From: Bugula neritina | Lineage: Eukaryota > Animalia > Bryozoa | Reading direction: 5' to 3' | Assembly: GCA_964035545.1 (NCBI GenBank) | Contig: CAXIUT010000280.1 | Location: forward strand, 1 to 26,000 | Length of the DNA stretch: 26,000 nt | Shown: positions 8,001-19,700 of the stretch, piece by piece | Position numbering within the stretch: position 1 is the stretch's first letter | How the letters are laid out: every line of letters starts with the position of its first letter | Translations under genes and position numbers: made by a program | Notes under the pieces: model-generated | The model's input: the letters and a program-made list of their open reading frames with translations, nothing else | What the model was told of the DNA's origin: nothing | Database searches by the model: none

Positions 8001-10318
8001 ACATCTGTCTCGCGCTCATCTTCTACAAGCTTCAGCTCCTTGACTTTTTCTTCATAAAGAGACGTAAGCCTTCGTATATCGTGCGAAGTAGACGACGACG
8101 ATGAATCTTCGGTAATGCTTTTTGTCATCATTTCTTCCAGCTCTGCTACACGAGCGACCAAGACAGAGTTCTTGATTTCCATAGCCTTAAACTCCTTCTG
8201 GTTCATCTCAGCAAACGCTTTATTCGCTCCTGATAGCGACCCAATACTAGTGCCGCTTTCCCGATTCTTTTTCTCCAAAACTTCCAACCTTTGCAAACGC
8301 TCATGATACTCCATTTCCTTGGCAGCCATAGCTTTGCGCAAGGACTCGTTTTCGGCCAGTAGAGATTCCAGAGTATGACCAGCTGCATTCTCTTCACTAG
8401 GAAAAAAATCGCTAATCGTTCGCCTACTTTCATCAGAAATCTCTGTTGCCCCCAGTTGTTTCACTTTTTTAGCCTCATCCTGAATGCCATTGCCTTCAGA
8501 AGAAACGGTTTCCTTTAAATTATGTGACTCGATATCGCAGCTTAGCATATTAGCACGTTCAGATAGCTGATGCTTTAGGTTTAAAATTTCCATTTTCTTC
8601 GAGGCAAGCTTTGCCTCCAAAGCTGCAATTCTTTCATTGGCAAAAAGCGAACGGTTTGAACCTTCTCTCTGGGCCCTCTTTCGGCCATTCTTTCCCACTG
8701 ATGGAGACACTGACGGCAGCGTCTCCATGCTTTCGCTGTCTAATGAAATTCTTCCCTCCGAAGGTAGAGTATAATCATTGTTACGATCATCGCCCAAAGC
8801 GACAGAACTAAAATTTTTTGCAACTACAGAGGTGAAAGCAGAGCTAGAATCGGAAGTAGGGAAGTTTCCAGGGCCCCATGTTTCACGCTGCTTGATTCGC
8901 CTTCGCTTGACTCGAGGCGCAGAAGTATCTGTTGAATCCATAGCAGCAAAATCGTCATTATCTTTCACGTAGGATCCTCCTGTAAGCAATAGCGCTTTAA
9001 GGTTTCGAATCTTATTCTGAAGGTTAGTCTTCTCGTCATTGACCTCCTTCTGCGACGCTAGCTCTAACCTTAGATCCTGGATAGTCTTCTTAAGCTTCCT
9101 CATTTCGCCTTCCCCGTCCACAATTTCATTGACACAAGCCCTTGTACGGATTTGTTTCGCTCGTGCGGCGAAGCTTAATGTACTTTTGCTTTCCTCAACG
9201 TTCGTGTTTGCTGGAGAAATGCAACAAATAATTGCTGTTCGGCAGTTACCTGCTAAAGACGGCTGCAGAATTTGTGTTAACTTACTATCTCTCCAGTTTA
9301 CAAACCCTAGAGGCTGGCCTTGCTTTGCGGACGCAAGCTGTGATATCACTCGGGATAATGTAAGAAGGCTTCGGTTGATGTTTCCTCCTTCTTTGAGTCT
9401 TCCCCCTTCTGCACCAGTCGCCCTAGCATTCTCAGAGCCAGCTAAATCCACAAGATTTAGTGTCCCCACAAGTACACCATAGCTATAGTCATCAGCTGTT
9501 AAGCGATGCTTCTTTTTTCGGCCTTTTTTGGCTTGCTTCGTATGTTGCAGCGATGCGCCTTCAAAATCTTGCGATACTACGCGTGAGTCCCTCATTTCAA
9601 TTTTCAAGGTGAAAATGGTATGAGAGCGACTACTGCGCTCGTTCATATTAGTTTCTCCTACATGCCTTCGGAGCTCTCCTTCTTCCTTTACAGCCAGAAG
9701 CTCGTGGGGAGAAACAATAGATTTCATTGTAAGATTGTCAACAAAAAAACCTTTATCCCGGCCCTCGCGAATGCGCATACTTCCAGCTCGATCACCGTCA
9801 CTCAAAAGATCTTTAACCTGCTCGTTGTACACCTCAACGTAGCTCACGTGAAGCATGAACTGGAAGTCTTCTCGATTGCGGATCTCTTCAAACACTTGAT
9901 TTGCAGCCAGTTCGAGTATTCCCAGCCTCTCAGCCTCGCCTTGCATGGTAAATGTCTTCCCAGAGGCAGTTTGACCGTAGGCGAAGATGGTTCCATTCAT
10001 TCCTCGCAACACAGAGCTCACCAATTCCTTGGCTGCAGAGTCATATACTTGTGGCGTCGTAATTTTCGAACCAAAAACTCCGTCAAAGGTATGCCTGAGA
10101 AAGTTATCGTTCGTAGCAATAGTACAGCAATCATTGCTAACAGACCAAGCTTCCTCGCGAGTAGTAGAACATTCTCGTTGATTCAAAGGCCGAACCCGGA
10201 CATAGACTGATATCGCTTCCTCTATCTCGCTAGCATTGGATCCCCTACTCCGTCTCTTCGGCGAAGATACAGCATCATTAGTACGCTCAAAAGAGTTCTC
10301 ATTAGCTGTAGTCGCCAT
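5033..10318 (-). CDS. CENPE: Kinesin-7 / CENP-E-like centromeric kinesin, 1761 aa (N-terminal motor, long coiled-coil stalk)
   Basis: VYVRVRPLN, P-loop NGTIFAYGQTASGKTFTM, switch I RHVGETNMNERSSRSHTIF, switch II LNLVDLAGSE, RLKEGGNINRSLLTL and RDSKLT. The post-neck KRRRIKQRETW resembles the CENP-E RRVTW motif. About 1,200 aa of heptad-rich stalk follow. Single uninterrupted ORF. Confidence 0.9.
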   Translation of the reverse strand: MATTANENSFERTNDAVSSPKRRSRGSNASEIEEAISVYVRVRPLNQRECSTTREEAWSVSNDCCTIATNDNFLRHTFDGVFGSKITTPQVYDSAAKELVSSVLRGMNGTIFAYGQTASGKTFTMQGEAERLGILELAANQVFEEIRNREDFQFMLHVSYVEVYNEQVKDLLSDGDRAGSMRIREGRDKGFFVDNLTMKSIVSPHELLAVKEEGELRRHVGETNMNERSSRSHTIFTLKIEMRDSRVVSQDFEGASLQHTKQAKKGRKKKHRLTADDYSYGVLVGTLNLVDLAGSENARATGAEGGRLKEGGNINRSLLTLSRVISQLASAKQGQPLGFVNWRDSKLTQILQPSLAGNCRTAIICCISPANTNVEESKSTLSFAARAKQIRTRACVNEIVDGEGEMRKLKKTIQDLRLELASQKEVNDEKTNLQNKIRNLKALLLTGGSYVKDNDDFAAMDSTDTSAPRVKRRRIKQRETWGPGNFPTSDSSSAFTSVVAKNFSSVALGDDRNNDYTLPSEGRISLDSESMETLPSVSPSVGKNGRKRAQREGSNRSLFANERIAALEAKLASKKMEILNLKHQLSERANMLSCDIESHNLKETVSSEGNGIQDEAKKVKQLGATEISDESRRTISDFFPSEENAAGHTLESLLAENESLRKAMAAKEMEYHERLQRLEVLEKKNRESGTSIGSLSGANKAFAEMNQKEFKAMEIKNSVLVARVAELEEMMTKSITEDSSSSSTSHDIRRLTSLYEEKVKELKLVEDERETDVAFLSEQLEKVQGELCVSKETSSKLSAALDQVRFESKEQSIKTDQLVSLESEVAGLKRQVLGLQSDLSQAKSSYEELLRTQTQEHENAMVECLKKVDSEKHDLVQSMIESISSKDEELSSLQSKLDKSLAEAEKSKAELLRLVTEEQKQASLAVSERDSLKSEILRLEEVLINMEITCSQEANEASSKAREVENLKNELSRVSEQTHEREKKLRSEIELLNSEIKSKAQEFDRSQNDSSKVLEERNHFASERDNLVAKLRANEDKIDKLEEDNNLHKEILTKVRDELCESQNLCSELERKCREQEQSDQLLENTEKLESTVDSLNKRIGAIMDESERNESIREDLEYQCEHYRVLSTRFEEELTQRIRLEEALQEQLEDMEKFLSEAKTAEDVKFCLESIVHDVEISVLKEESDMRTSHFKQSISSHENDLATFRSRIAQLQSDAKHEASEKAKLFDALEEERKHSQDLQQCLKETECAAHALRSELEVSMEGSKDLLCSNESLKAKVKELEKEIDLSSQNMVSKEKLLGMQTALKALENKIVFYEKEIEEKNKSISHSTEKLYEMRCDLDLSNRSIAENQLKVSQLQEQMKESSAAFLSVEKDLSESRDRNAELVTDLESKNTQISQFSEELTALKNKLHSIEDKSEMEGSSSDTKDRLCAAELALEESKRRSEDICREFSASIEASKTEIENLNDENQSLRHAKNHLEDDLSLAHERIEKLERVKLTKEKAERINQLKEDHRKLKSQYADALSENETLLRTQRDLKNRLAAQDESGNLGDMGQNASYQMQQLNARLDSLAELVGLENTDRIQMIDNLLGRLQELVEDRQALQTKCQEYDSRLRSYASNVADSSTSHNEKISEIELTLANERKEMQNKLEDLEAKLETERKQVVFLETENLQIMVSNRKLKEDLAKLNRSNSNGKSLKSTAETASGQPKRAKPGEHEIIGGKSKSKKQSTPKLKENIDNEANSAKDIVDDNSENCNTQ

Positions 10319-10346
10319 CCTTTCATCACAATATTAAAACACAAAA

Positions 10347-10426
10347 TTCAAACGCCAATGAGCATCTCGAGACGCCTAACTGTTAAACAAAAATTATTTT
10401 AAAGTTGTTTTACCCTCGATAAACGG
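10347..10426 (-). promoter_or_regulatory. Putative G2/M-type promoter cluster of the kinesin-7 gene (CHR-like, CCAAT/E2F-like, Myb/MSA-like)
   Basis: TTTGAA (minus) at 10347-10352 abuts TTGGCG at 10353-10358 / CCAAT at 10355-10359; TAACTG at 10377-10382; TTTAAA at 10398-10403; AACGG at 10422-10426. These are short motifs, so chance occurrence is possible. Confidence 0.3.
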
Positions 10427-10735
10427 TATATGAATACAAGATAATTTTTTTTCGTCTCAGTTGTGCTTTGCTCCTTTTTCGTAGATATTATTAAGCAAAC
10501 CCGCTTTGCATTTTGGATATTGACGCCCAAATAAAATGTTATGAAGCTCTTAAATGTACTCTGAGTCTGTCCCCGATGTGCTTCAGGAAAGAAGATGGGT
10601 CAGTGGTAGTGTGTTTTACTGTACATATTCACAGATATCCCACATAAAAGACCTTGTCGTAAGAATAGCACTTATTATAGTATTATCTACATTTGTAGGT
10701 GATTAGGCATCACATGACAGGTACAGCGGGAAAGA

Positions 10736-13700
10736 TCACTTCATATCATCATCCAAATCGATGAAGGAATCAAAGCTCAAGGTTATATCCTTGGCATCGT
10801 ACGTGAAAAAATTTCGTACCATCGGCGACTCTACCAATGCAGAGGTTTCCCACAGCATTCTTATCATTGAATTTAGACCACGTTGTCGGATTGCATTTTC
10901 CTTTTCTGATATTCGCCAGGGTAGACGACTTGGTAACGGAAGTGCTGTCCCGGCTATTCCCCATTAGTCTCATCAGGTTGTCGCGAAGTTCAAGAAACTG
11001 GGAGAAGCGTCTCCAAACAACCCAGCCTTTTTGGCTCTCCGCAGAAGCTACAACAACGCGATACATACATACGGATTTATTGCCTTCATATATCCATTCA
11101 TGTCCTGTAATTCTCGCCTTTCGTATCTTGCTTCCAATCACATTGTATTTGGTAACTCCTGCGTCGACCACAGCAGAAAAACTAACGTCTTCTTCATCAC
11201 GAGAAAATTCGGAACTTGTCAGCTGCTGAGAATTGGATTCCGCTGAAGTAAATGCTGGGCTTGCTTTTTCACCAAGTGAGATAGAATTACACAGGAAATT
11301 TGCCAAAGTAGCGTGTCCTCCAAAACGAAAATTTTCCTGCTTAGGAATGCTGCTATCAAAGCTGGCCTGATCAAGCGCCTTTAATTCATGCATTGTTTGA
11401 CTTCGACACCAGCTGGACAATTTGCTCGCTCCATGCGAATCTGCTAATGACAAACACCATTCCTCGTACTGACTCAAATTATCCCATTCTATGAGACTAG
11501 ACCTCAGCTGGCGCCAGTCCAGTTCCTTGGTTGAATTGATGATGTGCAAAAACCGCCTTGCGCTTTCGGACGTGCGGCAAAGTAGATGATGTCCCAGCCA
11601 ACCCAAGCCACGATAATTATCAGAGGCGGAGCTATGATGACCACCATCGCTAATTGGTTCATTCATTCCGGTACCAATGTTAATGTTTTCATCCATTCTA
11701 GGTAAAAGAACTGGTCCATCTCCAAACATGATAAAAATAGAAGATCCACTGGCTTTCGCGTGAACGATGCTCAATGGAGCACACCACAGTACCTTCAAAT
11801 TGAGTGGGTTCATTGCAACGATGTTCTTATTTGCAACAAAAAGCAAAGCCGAAGTGCCCATAACTTCACTTCTGTCCGTCAAAGATGCCGCTGCTTCTAC
11901 CGTGTTGATAAATGATGCATCATTTAACAATGAATAGTCCTCGGAGAACACTACGGAATAGGTTCTGTGACCGCAATCTTGAAGAAAAGCTCTTGACTTC
12001 AAGGAAAGCACCCCATGACCTTTTTGACCAGTTTCAGAATCATTTAAAATGTAGGCTTGATCATGATACACGTAACGCAGAAACTCGTCTGGACTAAATA
12101 AAGAAACGACATGCGCCCCAAAAGCTTCCCGAGCTGAGTACGGATGCATTGGTAGATCGTCATCGTGTGGACGTCTTAAACGTCTCGGGAGTTTTGCCGA
12201 TACCGAAACACTGGTTGTGTTGCCTACACCAGAAAAAAACAAGGCCGAAGCATCTAGCAATCCGCAAAGGGGCTTTAAAAATAAGCCGATTATGCCTTTT
12301 CCTACTCCGGCAAAAACTTTGCGCGGGTCTTTACTCACTATTCCTCGTAAAGGAAGGAGGGCAATATCTGTCAAACCACCTCCAACTCCAGCACCTAGTA
12401 CATAAAAGCCAGAAGTGACTCCTTCCCAGACATTGACTGGTTCATGCACAATATCATTGTGTCGCCTAGCCTCTTCAGCGACAAATCGACGATCTAGAGA
12501 TGCTAGTGCCACAGCGCGCGCTGCAGTTTCCATTGATTTTTTCAGAGTTAACGATACCCCATGAGTCGTGCTTCGAATCAGCTCTCGCGCTCCACGCCCC
12601 ATACCAGCGCCAATACTCGAATAGCCCTCGGTCGACAGAGCCAACGCTGGCTCATAAAAAAATGAGTATGCGCCTTTTCCAAAACTTCCCAAAAGTTGTA
12701 CAGGACTGCCCAAAAGATCAGCAGAGGCAAGGATATTCCCAATCTGTGATAGATTTCGAAAAAGCTGACCTACAACATGTCCTGTGAAAGTAGTCACAAG
12801 AGTGGAAACAGTCATTCGTTGATTGCTGATCTTAAGCGCATTGAAACGCAGTGGAGCGTCTGTCACATTAGCCACTGTGTTCATCAAGGCACTAGATAAT
12901 CCAGCCAATACTGGCCAACCACTAAGCAAATGAAGAATTTTTAGTTTGTTTCGCTTCTTCATGTCTTCACTGCTTGTCATCGTGAACGTCACGTTTAGTC
13001 GAACCGGCTTAATATCTGCATATTGAATGAAAATTTGACTCTTACGAGCAGATGCAGCACTTTTCTTTGTAGTTGAGAGATCAAGAAGCGTATCAACCCA
13101 AGATACAGGGTTTGACGAAAGAAATCTTTCAAAATTTTCTACGTCAATTGTTGCATAGGCTTCCAAATTAAGAGAAGGTGAACTCCGCATTGGATCAAAG
13201 TTTTCCACACTGTTTTCTCTTCCTATTAAACATTCAACAAAGTCTTGGAGAGCAATTAACCAACGCTCCTCTAGCTCAATGCTAACCTCCTGCATAAAAA
13301 AACTGAACCACTCCACGTAAATTCTTGAATCGTCGTCGAAGCTATGTTTTATCAAGGTTAAGGCCATGGCAGGAGGGCTCAACTTATTTACAGAATTCGG
13401 CTGTCCAAAACTGCCAGAATTGTTTCCCGCTCCAGTAGAGCTCTCCCCAGGAAGCAGCCACGGAAGAAGCGTTGGAGCAGCATGGAATATTTGCGGATGT
13501 CGAGCGACATTCATCTGGTTATCTAGCTGTATAGAGTCAACAAAACCATCAAAAATTTGCCGCTTACTGCAATGCTCCGCAAAATAGCCGTTTATTCCAC
13601 TTACAGAAAGGTAAGCAAGCTCATTAAAGCTTCTCAAAGTGTCTACAATTGATATTCCTAAACCTGACAACCTGACATCTACACCAAACGAAATGTGATC

Positions 13701-16700
13701 GACAGATTCAGGCTCTTTTATCATCCAGCTAACATCAATCTTTACAGAGCCACAATCCAACCCGTCTATTCCTTTCAAAGAGCAATCTATCCGCCTGGGG
13801 CACGCATTGTCTTCACGAGAAAAATATTGACAAGGATCGGGAAGCGTAATTTGTCCTGTTCCAACCAGAACATCATTACGTCCAATTCGCTTTCGGCTGC
13901 GTCGCAAAGTTTCACTCCCTTTTAAATTATCACCAAAAAAGTATAGCATTGGGGCCATGCAGTCGCGCTCAAACAAATCCGCCTCGCCGTCTGAAGGTGA
14001 CTTATCAAATGAGTCCCTAAGATAAACAGAAACATGGGCAATATGCGTTTTAATTACGACACCAGGGGAATGACCTCCATTTTGAATATGGTCACCCTCG
14101 GGTTCGGAATTCTCGAATACAAGCTTTTGCATCCAAGTCGAGCTCAGACTACTCTCAACTCTGCTTCTTTTTGAATCAATCATAGAGCTGGCGTTTAATG
14201 TCTGTTCTTTCACAAATACTACGGATATGATTGGCCGTCCAGAATACAAAAGGCGTTGCAAGTCATCTAAAGTGGCTCCTTGAGCAATTTGAACCTCATT
14301 GACACGAGTAATTTTCATCCCAGGAACAATCCGACCGTCTCTCGAGGCGAAGCTATCCGGCATAATCGACTGAACCGTAAAACACTTCTTAACCAAGTCC
14401 TGCTTAATCTGAATACCCATCGAAAGTTCCGACGGGAAATCAATCTGGATCTCGCTCAGATTGGAGAAATCATGCATGTGCTTTCGCTCCATAGCTCGTG
14501 TTGGATCCGAGCGAAGCGTTTGATTTCCGTAAGAAACCACACAATACGCATTCCAGGCTCCTTGCTTATTCGAAGCATACCCAGGTCTCGGTATTTGTTT
14601 CGCTCGCAAAACCGTAACAACGAGACATGGTTGATTTTCCCGGGCTAACAGATCACCATATTTATTAGTGCTATAATCGGTAGATCCCTCCGCAGTCGCG
14701 CTCTCTCGACTTTTTCCGTTAATTTCATTAGGTACAATTTTCTCATTTATTCGTCTGCGTCGAGCAAATCCACCAGTGTTCGCGGACAGAGTGCCACCCT
14801 GCTTCAAAAAACTGCTTCGTAGACGACGAAGAAGCCGCAGCTCATCGTTGAATAAGGGCAACAAGTGAATACTAAGCATGCGTTCGGAAAAGGTACTAAA
14901 CAGTAGATTGCATTCAGACCATGGATAATATGGGGCAAGCTGAAGACAAAGTCGTATCTGACCGTTCTCCTTGCCATCCTTTGAGAAAAGTGTCAACCAA
15001 GTATCAGACACTTTCCCTTCTTCAAGGCTGGAAAGCGGCACAAAAGAGCTTCCATAAAATCATCCGAAGATAGGAGATCCTTATCATAGACTTCAACAGT
15101 CAGCCCTCCACCTTGAACGTTCTCAAAAGAAAAACACTCGTCGAATATAGGATTCAATGAATTGTTAATCACCTGCGAAACCCTGTCGGGCTTGTTTCCA
15201 CATGATAAGACAACATATGGATCACTACTGAATAGATCTTGAATCGAAAGATCTCTAGCTTCCAACACGCCCACCCACAAGTTGTGACATTTTTCATCAA
15301 CAGCACTTGGCTGAACAATGCTTGACCCAAAGCTAAGAGCTGTATCGGAATTTTTCTCTCGTTCTTTTTCTGCTTTCAGCAGTCCAGGAACCTGAAGAGA
15401 TTTGTAGAAAAATATTCTCTTGATACAACAAGGGCCCCTGAGAACAAGCTTAAGTTTCCGCGAGCGTAATCGGCAGTGACTGTAGAATATCGTTCGATTT
15501 AAGCCCCGTTTTTCGCAGACAAGATGAAAATTTAAGTCCCCAGGCATATTTGCAAAATCACTTCCATCAAAAAGTACTGCCCAGTGACCTGAATCAACCG
15601 TTGTCTCGATCCATTGCAACAGTTGAAAATAAGAAGGATGGTCTTTTTTTCTTGCAACTTCGAATCCCAAAGCACAAATACCCTCCACATTAGAAACATT
15701 GAAAACAATGTACGCTTCTTCATTTGACTTAACTCGCCAGTATTCGTTGTTATCAGATTGATTCGAGCAAGCAACCACTGATTCAGGACAGTGCATTCTC
15801 GAATGAACAAGAGTATCATATTTCAGTTGCTCAAAGCATGACTCCAACTGACCACGATATCCCAACAGTCTACGTTCAGACTCTTTAATAAGTACCTGTA
15901 GTGAACCGCGACGATTTTTTGTCGTTGGTAAATGAAATAACTCGTCTTCGATACGCAGGACATTCGTTGTGCGTTCCAGTTCAACAGTTAACCGGAAATC
16001 CACGCCTTGATAAGACATAACTTTCGTGGTTCCAATTGATTCAAAATCAACGGTTACAAGACTTCGCTGGCTACGAGGGAAATGTGAAAGGGTTTTCAAT
16101 CCAACTAGTTCAAAGTAAAGATCAACAGAGTGAGGCAAATTATCATCTTCCCAAATCCACTCCATATTTGAAGTATTTGGATTAGCAACTACTATAGAGC
16201 GCCGTTTTGCTCCATGCTGTACCAAACCTACGCGAAGCTGCTGACTAAGATTTTCAACACGAAACTCTACGCTGTCTCTGCTTTCGGTCTCTTCGCCGAC
16301 GTGATAGGAGTCGACCACGATCCAATTTATGTTTTCAGCAAGCTCAATATCGACACGAGCGTGGCCTTCAAAACTAAACTCATCCTTGACCTCAGAATAA
16401 TCGCTATAGTCAACAATAGAAGATGACGAGCAGTTTTTAAATGTAGTCGCCACCCATTTCGGCAATTCAACCAATGCCTTAGGAAGCAATTTCAGGGTCA
16501 TCTGCTTGGCCGTATTAAGCTGAAATGAAGTGCTAATTATATTCACACCGGCTATGATTGAAGGAAATTGTAGTCTACCAAAAACCGGAGCCGTTTCCGC
16601 GATTTCACGAGAGTCTTTTTGCGCTACTATGGGATAGAAAGCTTTAGAATCACCTTCTTCAACATACAAAGGAGATAGTTTCTCTGAGTCTGCTTCCAGA

Positions 16701-19700
16701 AACAAAGTTACTGGTTGTTTGCATTTATTAACAACCATAAATCGGGGGGAAATTGTGACCACTTTAGTACGAAAATACGAATCTTTAGCTGTAGAAATTG
16801 ACACCCCAACATCTTTAGCAAAACTTGTTCCAGGGTTCTCTTTCATTGGCGAGGGTACCAGTATATTTCCAGACATGCCAATAGTCAATCCAAAAGGCCG
16901 GGACCAAACTCCATCCTCCTGGTCTAAACATATACTCAATTTCTTTCCCTTAGCATAGAACATGGTCACATACGCAACGACTTTTCGATCCATGGCGAAA
17001 TTTTCCTCGATTGGCTCATCACTATTCGCAGGTTGAAAAACCATGCCATTAGGGGCAACACTACTACGAAGTGAAGTAGAAGATACACGCTCAGATACAA
17101 ACGCATTTGAATTTCTGTGTTCCAGATCTAATGCCAATGAAGGATCTGAATAGCGAAGAGCCAATCCTGACCAATTAACGATTACGACCGGACAGAATAC
17201 GTACAAATGTCGTGGTGGCTGGCAATACGGTATAGCCACACAAGGTGTAGCAAAAGGCTTGCTGCCCACAAACAACTTTCCTATTCGCTTTGCTTTTTCT
17301 AATCCAACTTCCAAGTAGTTCAATATATTCACTTTTCCAAAACCCGCCTCTTTCGCGTCATCTTCTGCCAGTTTCTCGCTTTTAGTCGAGCTTGGCTCAT
17401 GATTTGCCATGTATTCTACTGCACTGATTCCAATGCTAGACGAAACGCCTTTATTTCCTTTCATGTAAATCGTATCGCCACTCAGAATGCTTCCATCACC
17501 GAAAATGATTATTTTCTCATCAGAAAATCCAAGCCCTGAACAGTCTTTGCTCGTAAAGTTAAGCGAAAAATTGAGTGAAACCCTGCAAATTGACGAATTC
17601 AATTCCTTTAGACCAATGTTTTGTTGCCAGTGATTATCTCCGAAGCTATGCTCAGGATTAAATGATAGGCTTTGACGAACTTCTCCACTCAACAACTTCA
17701 AATGGAAAAGATCAAGCCACTTATTTTGAGATTTAGCGCCTTCTTGATATGTAGAAAGAACCTCAATTGAGGATAAATCATTATGTAGAGAGTGCACTTC
17801 CTGACCAAACGCCCCAATAGACACCGGAAATGGCAATACATTTTCAATTGTCAAAACAGGTTTAACATAGATTTCCCAGTTAAAAGATCTCAAATTTTCT
17901 GAGCTGGGCGAGTTCAGGTAGCTCTTCATGCAAAACTTTGTCTTGATATCGAGTATAGCATATTTTCCGCATTCCGCACTGTAAGTGCAGAATGGGCCCT
18001 GACCAATACTTTCATTTAAGGTCGGTATGCTGTGTTTGTCGTTGAGCGAAATGGGAAAGAAATGCGATTTTACGTCAGCAGAGCGGGAATTACTCCAAGA
18101 TTGAGCTCGGCTTATGGCCAGCAAATCAGAAATCAAAACAAAATGCCCATCTTCAAATTGAACACAGCCCCCTATATCCAGAATGGAGAAAGGTATATGT
18201 GTCTGATCTCGAGGACCTAGTGTAAAACTTTGCATCTCTTCGAACGATTCATCGTAAAAATACAATAGTACGTTTCCAACCACTATTGATTTCTCGTTAT
18301 CGTCGAGCCTAGCATCATTAACTCTAGGCAGTTTTGAAGAGAAAATGAAACGATACTCAGAGCAAGCAATCTCGCGATTACTTTCAAGTATACCAAAGCT
18401 CCGAAACTGAAGAGGCCTTTCAAAATTGACCAATTCACGTCTGTCTAAGGCAATCCAAGAACCACTACTGTCTAAACCTTCCAATATCCACGAAGACGGC
18501 GATACAGCAACCACGCCAGAGGAATCGTTTGGTAGATTTTCATTAGGTATCACAACCTGAGGTCCTGAAGCAATTGAATACAGCACCAGAAAACGCTCTT
18601 CCTTCCTAGGCGTCGAGAAACGAAGTGTCTCATTACCAGCATCATCAGACTTCGAATACGAGGACCAGTAAGTGTCAGTTCGGAAATCAAAAGCATTCAC
18701 AGACTCCGAATATGAACCAACCGCAGCGTCCGTGTCCAAAGACTCATTAACTCTTAGTTTCTTAAAGCATAAACTCAGATCTTGGTCTAAACTGTTGACA
18801 ATAGTTGCGTTGCTGTATATCTGCATGGATTTCTTTTGTCTGTTAAGGGTAATGTCGCAGATTAGTCTTCGACAAAGACTCAGAATTGACAAATAGCCTT
18901 CTTTCAAGTCAGGCATGCTTTTATTCGGCTGCTTTCCAGGCGATGTTACCGGGGCATCTAGCTCGCTATTCCAAGCAGCTTCACTGAGAATCACCTTTCC
19001 AGTTCGGTGAACATCAATTGGCTGATACAGGCATGTGTCAGTACAAAATTGCAGTTTGGTGGTCGACAAGCGATTACTTGATTCACCATCGTGAGCAGAG
19101 CTCAGCCTAATTTGACTCTCTTGGCCCGCCGGCAGACTAGAAAATGACCTGGACAAAGTTTCATCGTCTATTCCCGATCTCTGTTTCGAGCTGAAGTTCG
19201 TCGCTGACGTTAATACAGATACGTCTAGAGCTGGCATCTCTCGATTGGTCTCGCCAAATGCCCCTTGCGTTCGAAAAAAAGTCACGTTGACACAGGTTTT
19301 CAGATCGCCACATTTTGTTACAGAATCCAACGTTTGCGTGCCCGAGGCTCGCACAATTTCCTCATTGTCTGAAAGCAGGTCGAACCGTAGGAGCCAACTT
19401 TCAAAGAAACAGCATCGAAGGGCATGAAAAACATATTTTAGCGGGTTTGGCTTGCGTTCAGAAGAATATTCAAGCGGAACAGTTAAAAATACATTTATCG
19501 GAAAAATGCTGAGTCTCACGGAACAAATCAAATGCTTTGATAGAAAGGAGAGATTACCATCACCATTAAAAGACACGCAAACATTAAAATCCACAACGAA
19601 GTCGTAGTCAATATATTCTTGAATAGAGTCCAAAGCTTCGGAGGAGTTCAAAAACCTAGAGCACTTTAAAGTCTTCTGTATGCGAGCAGCAATTTCCCTA

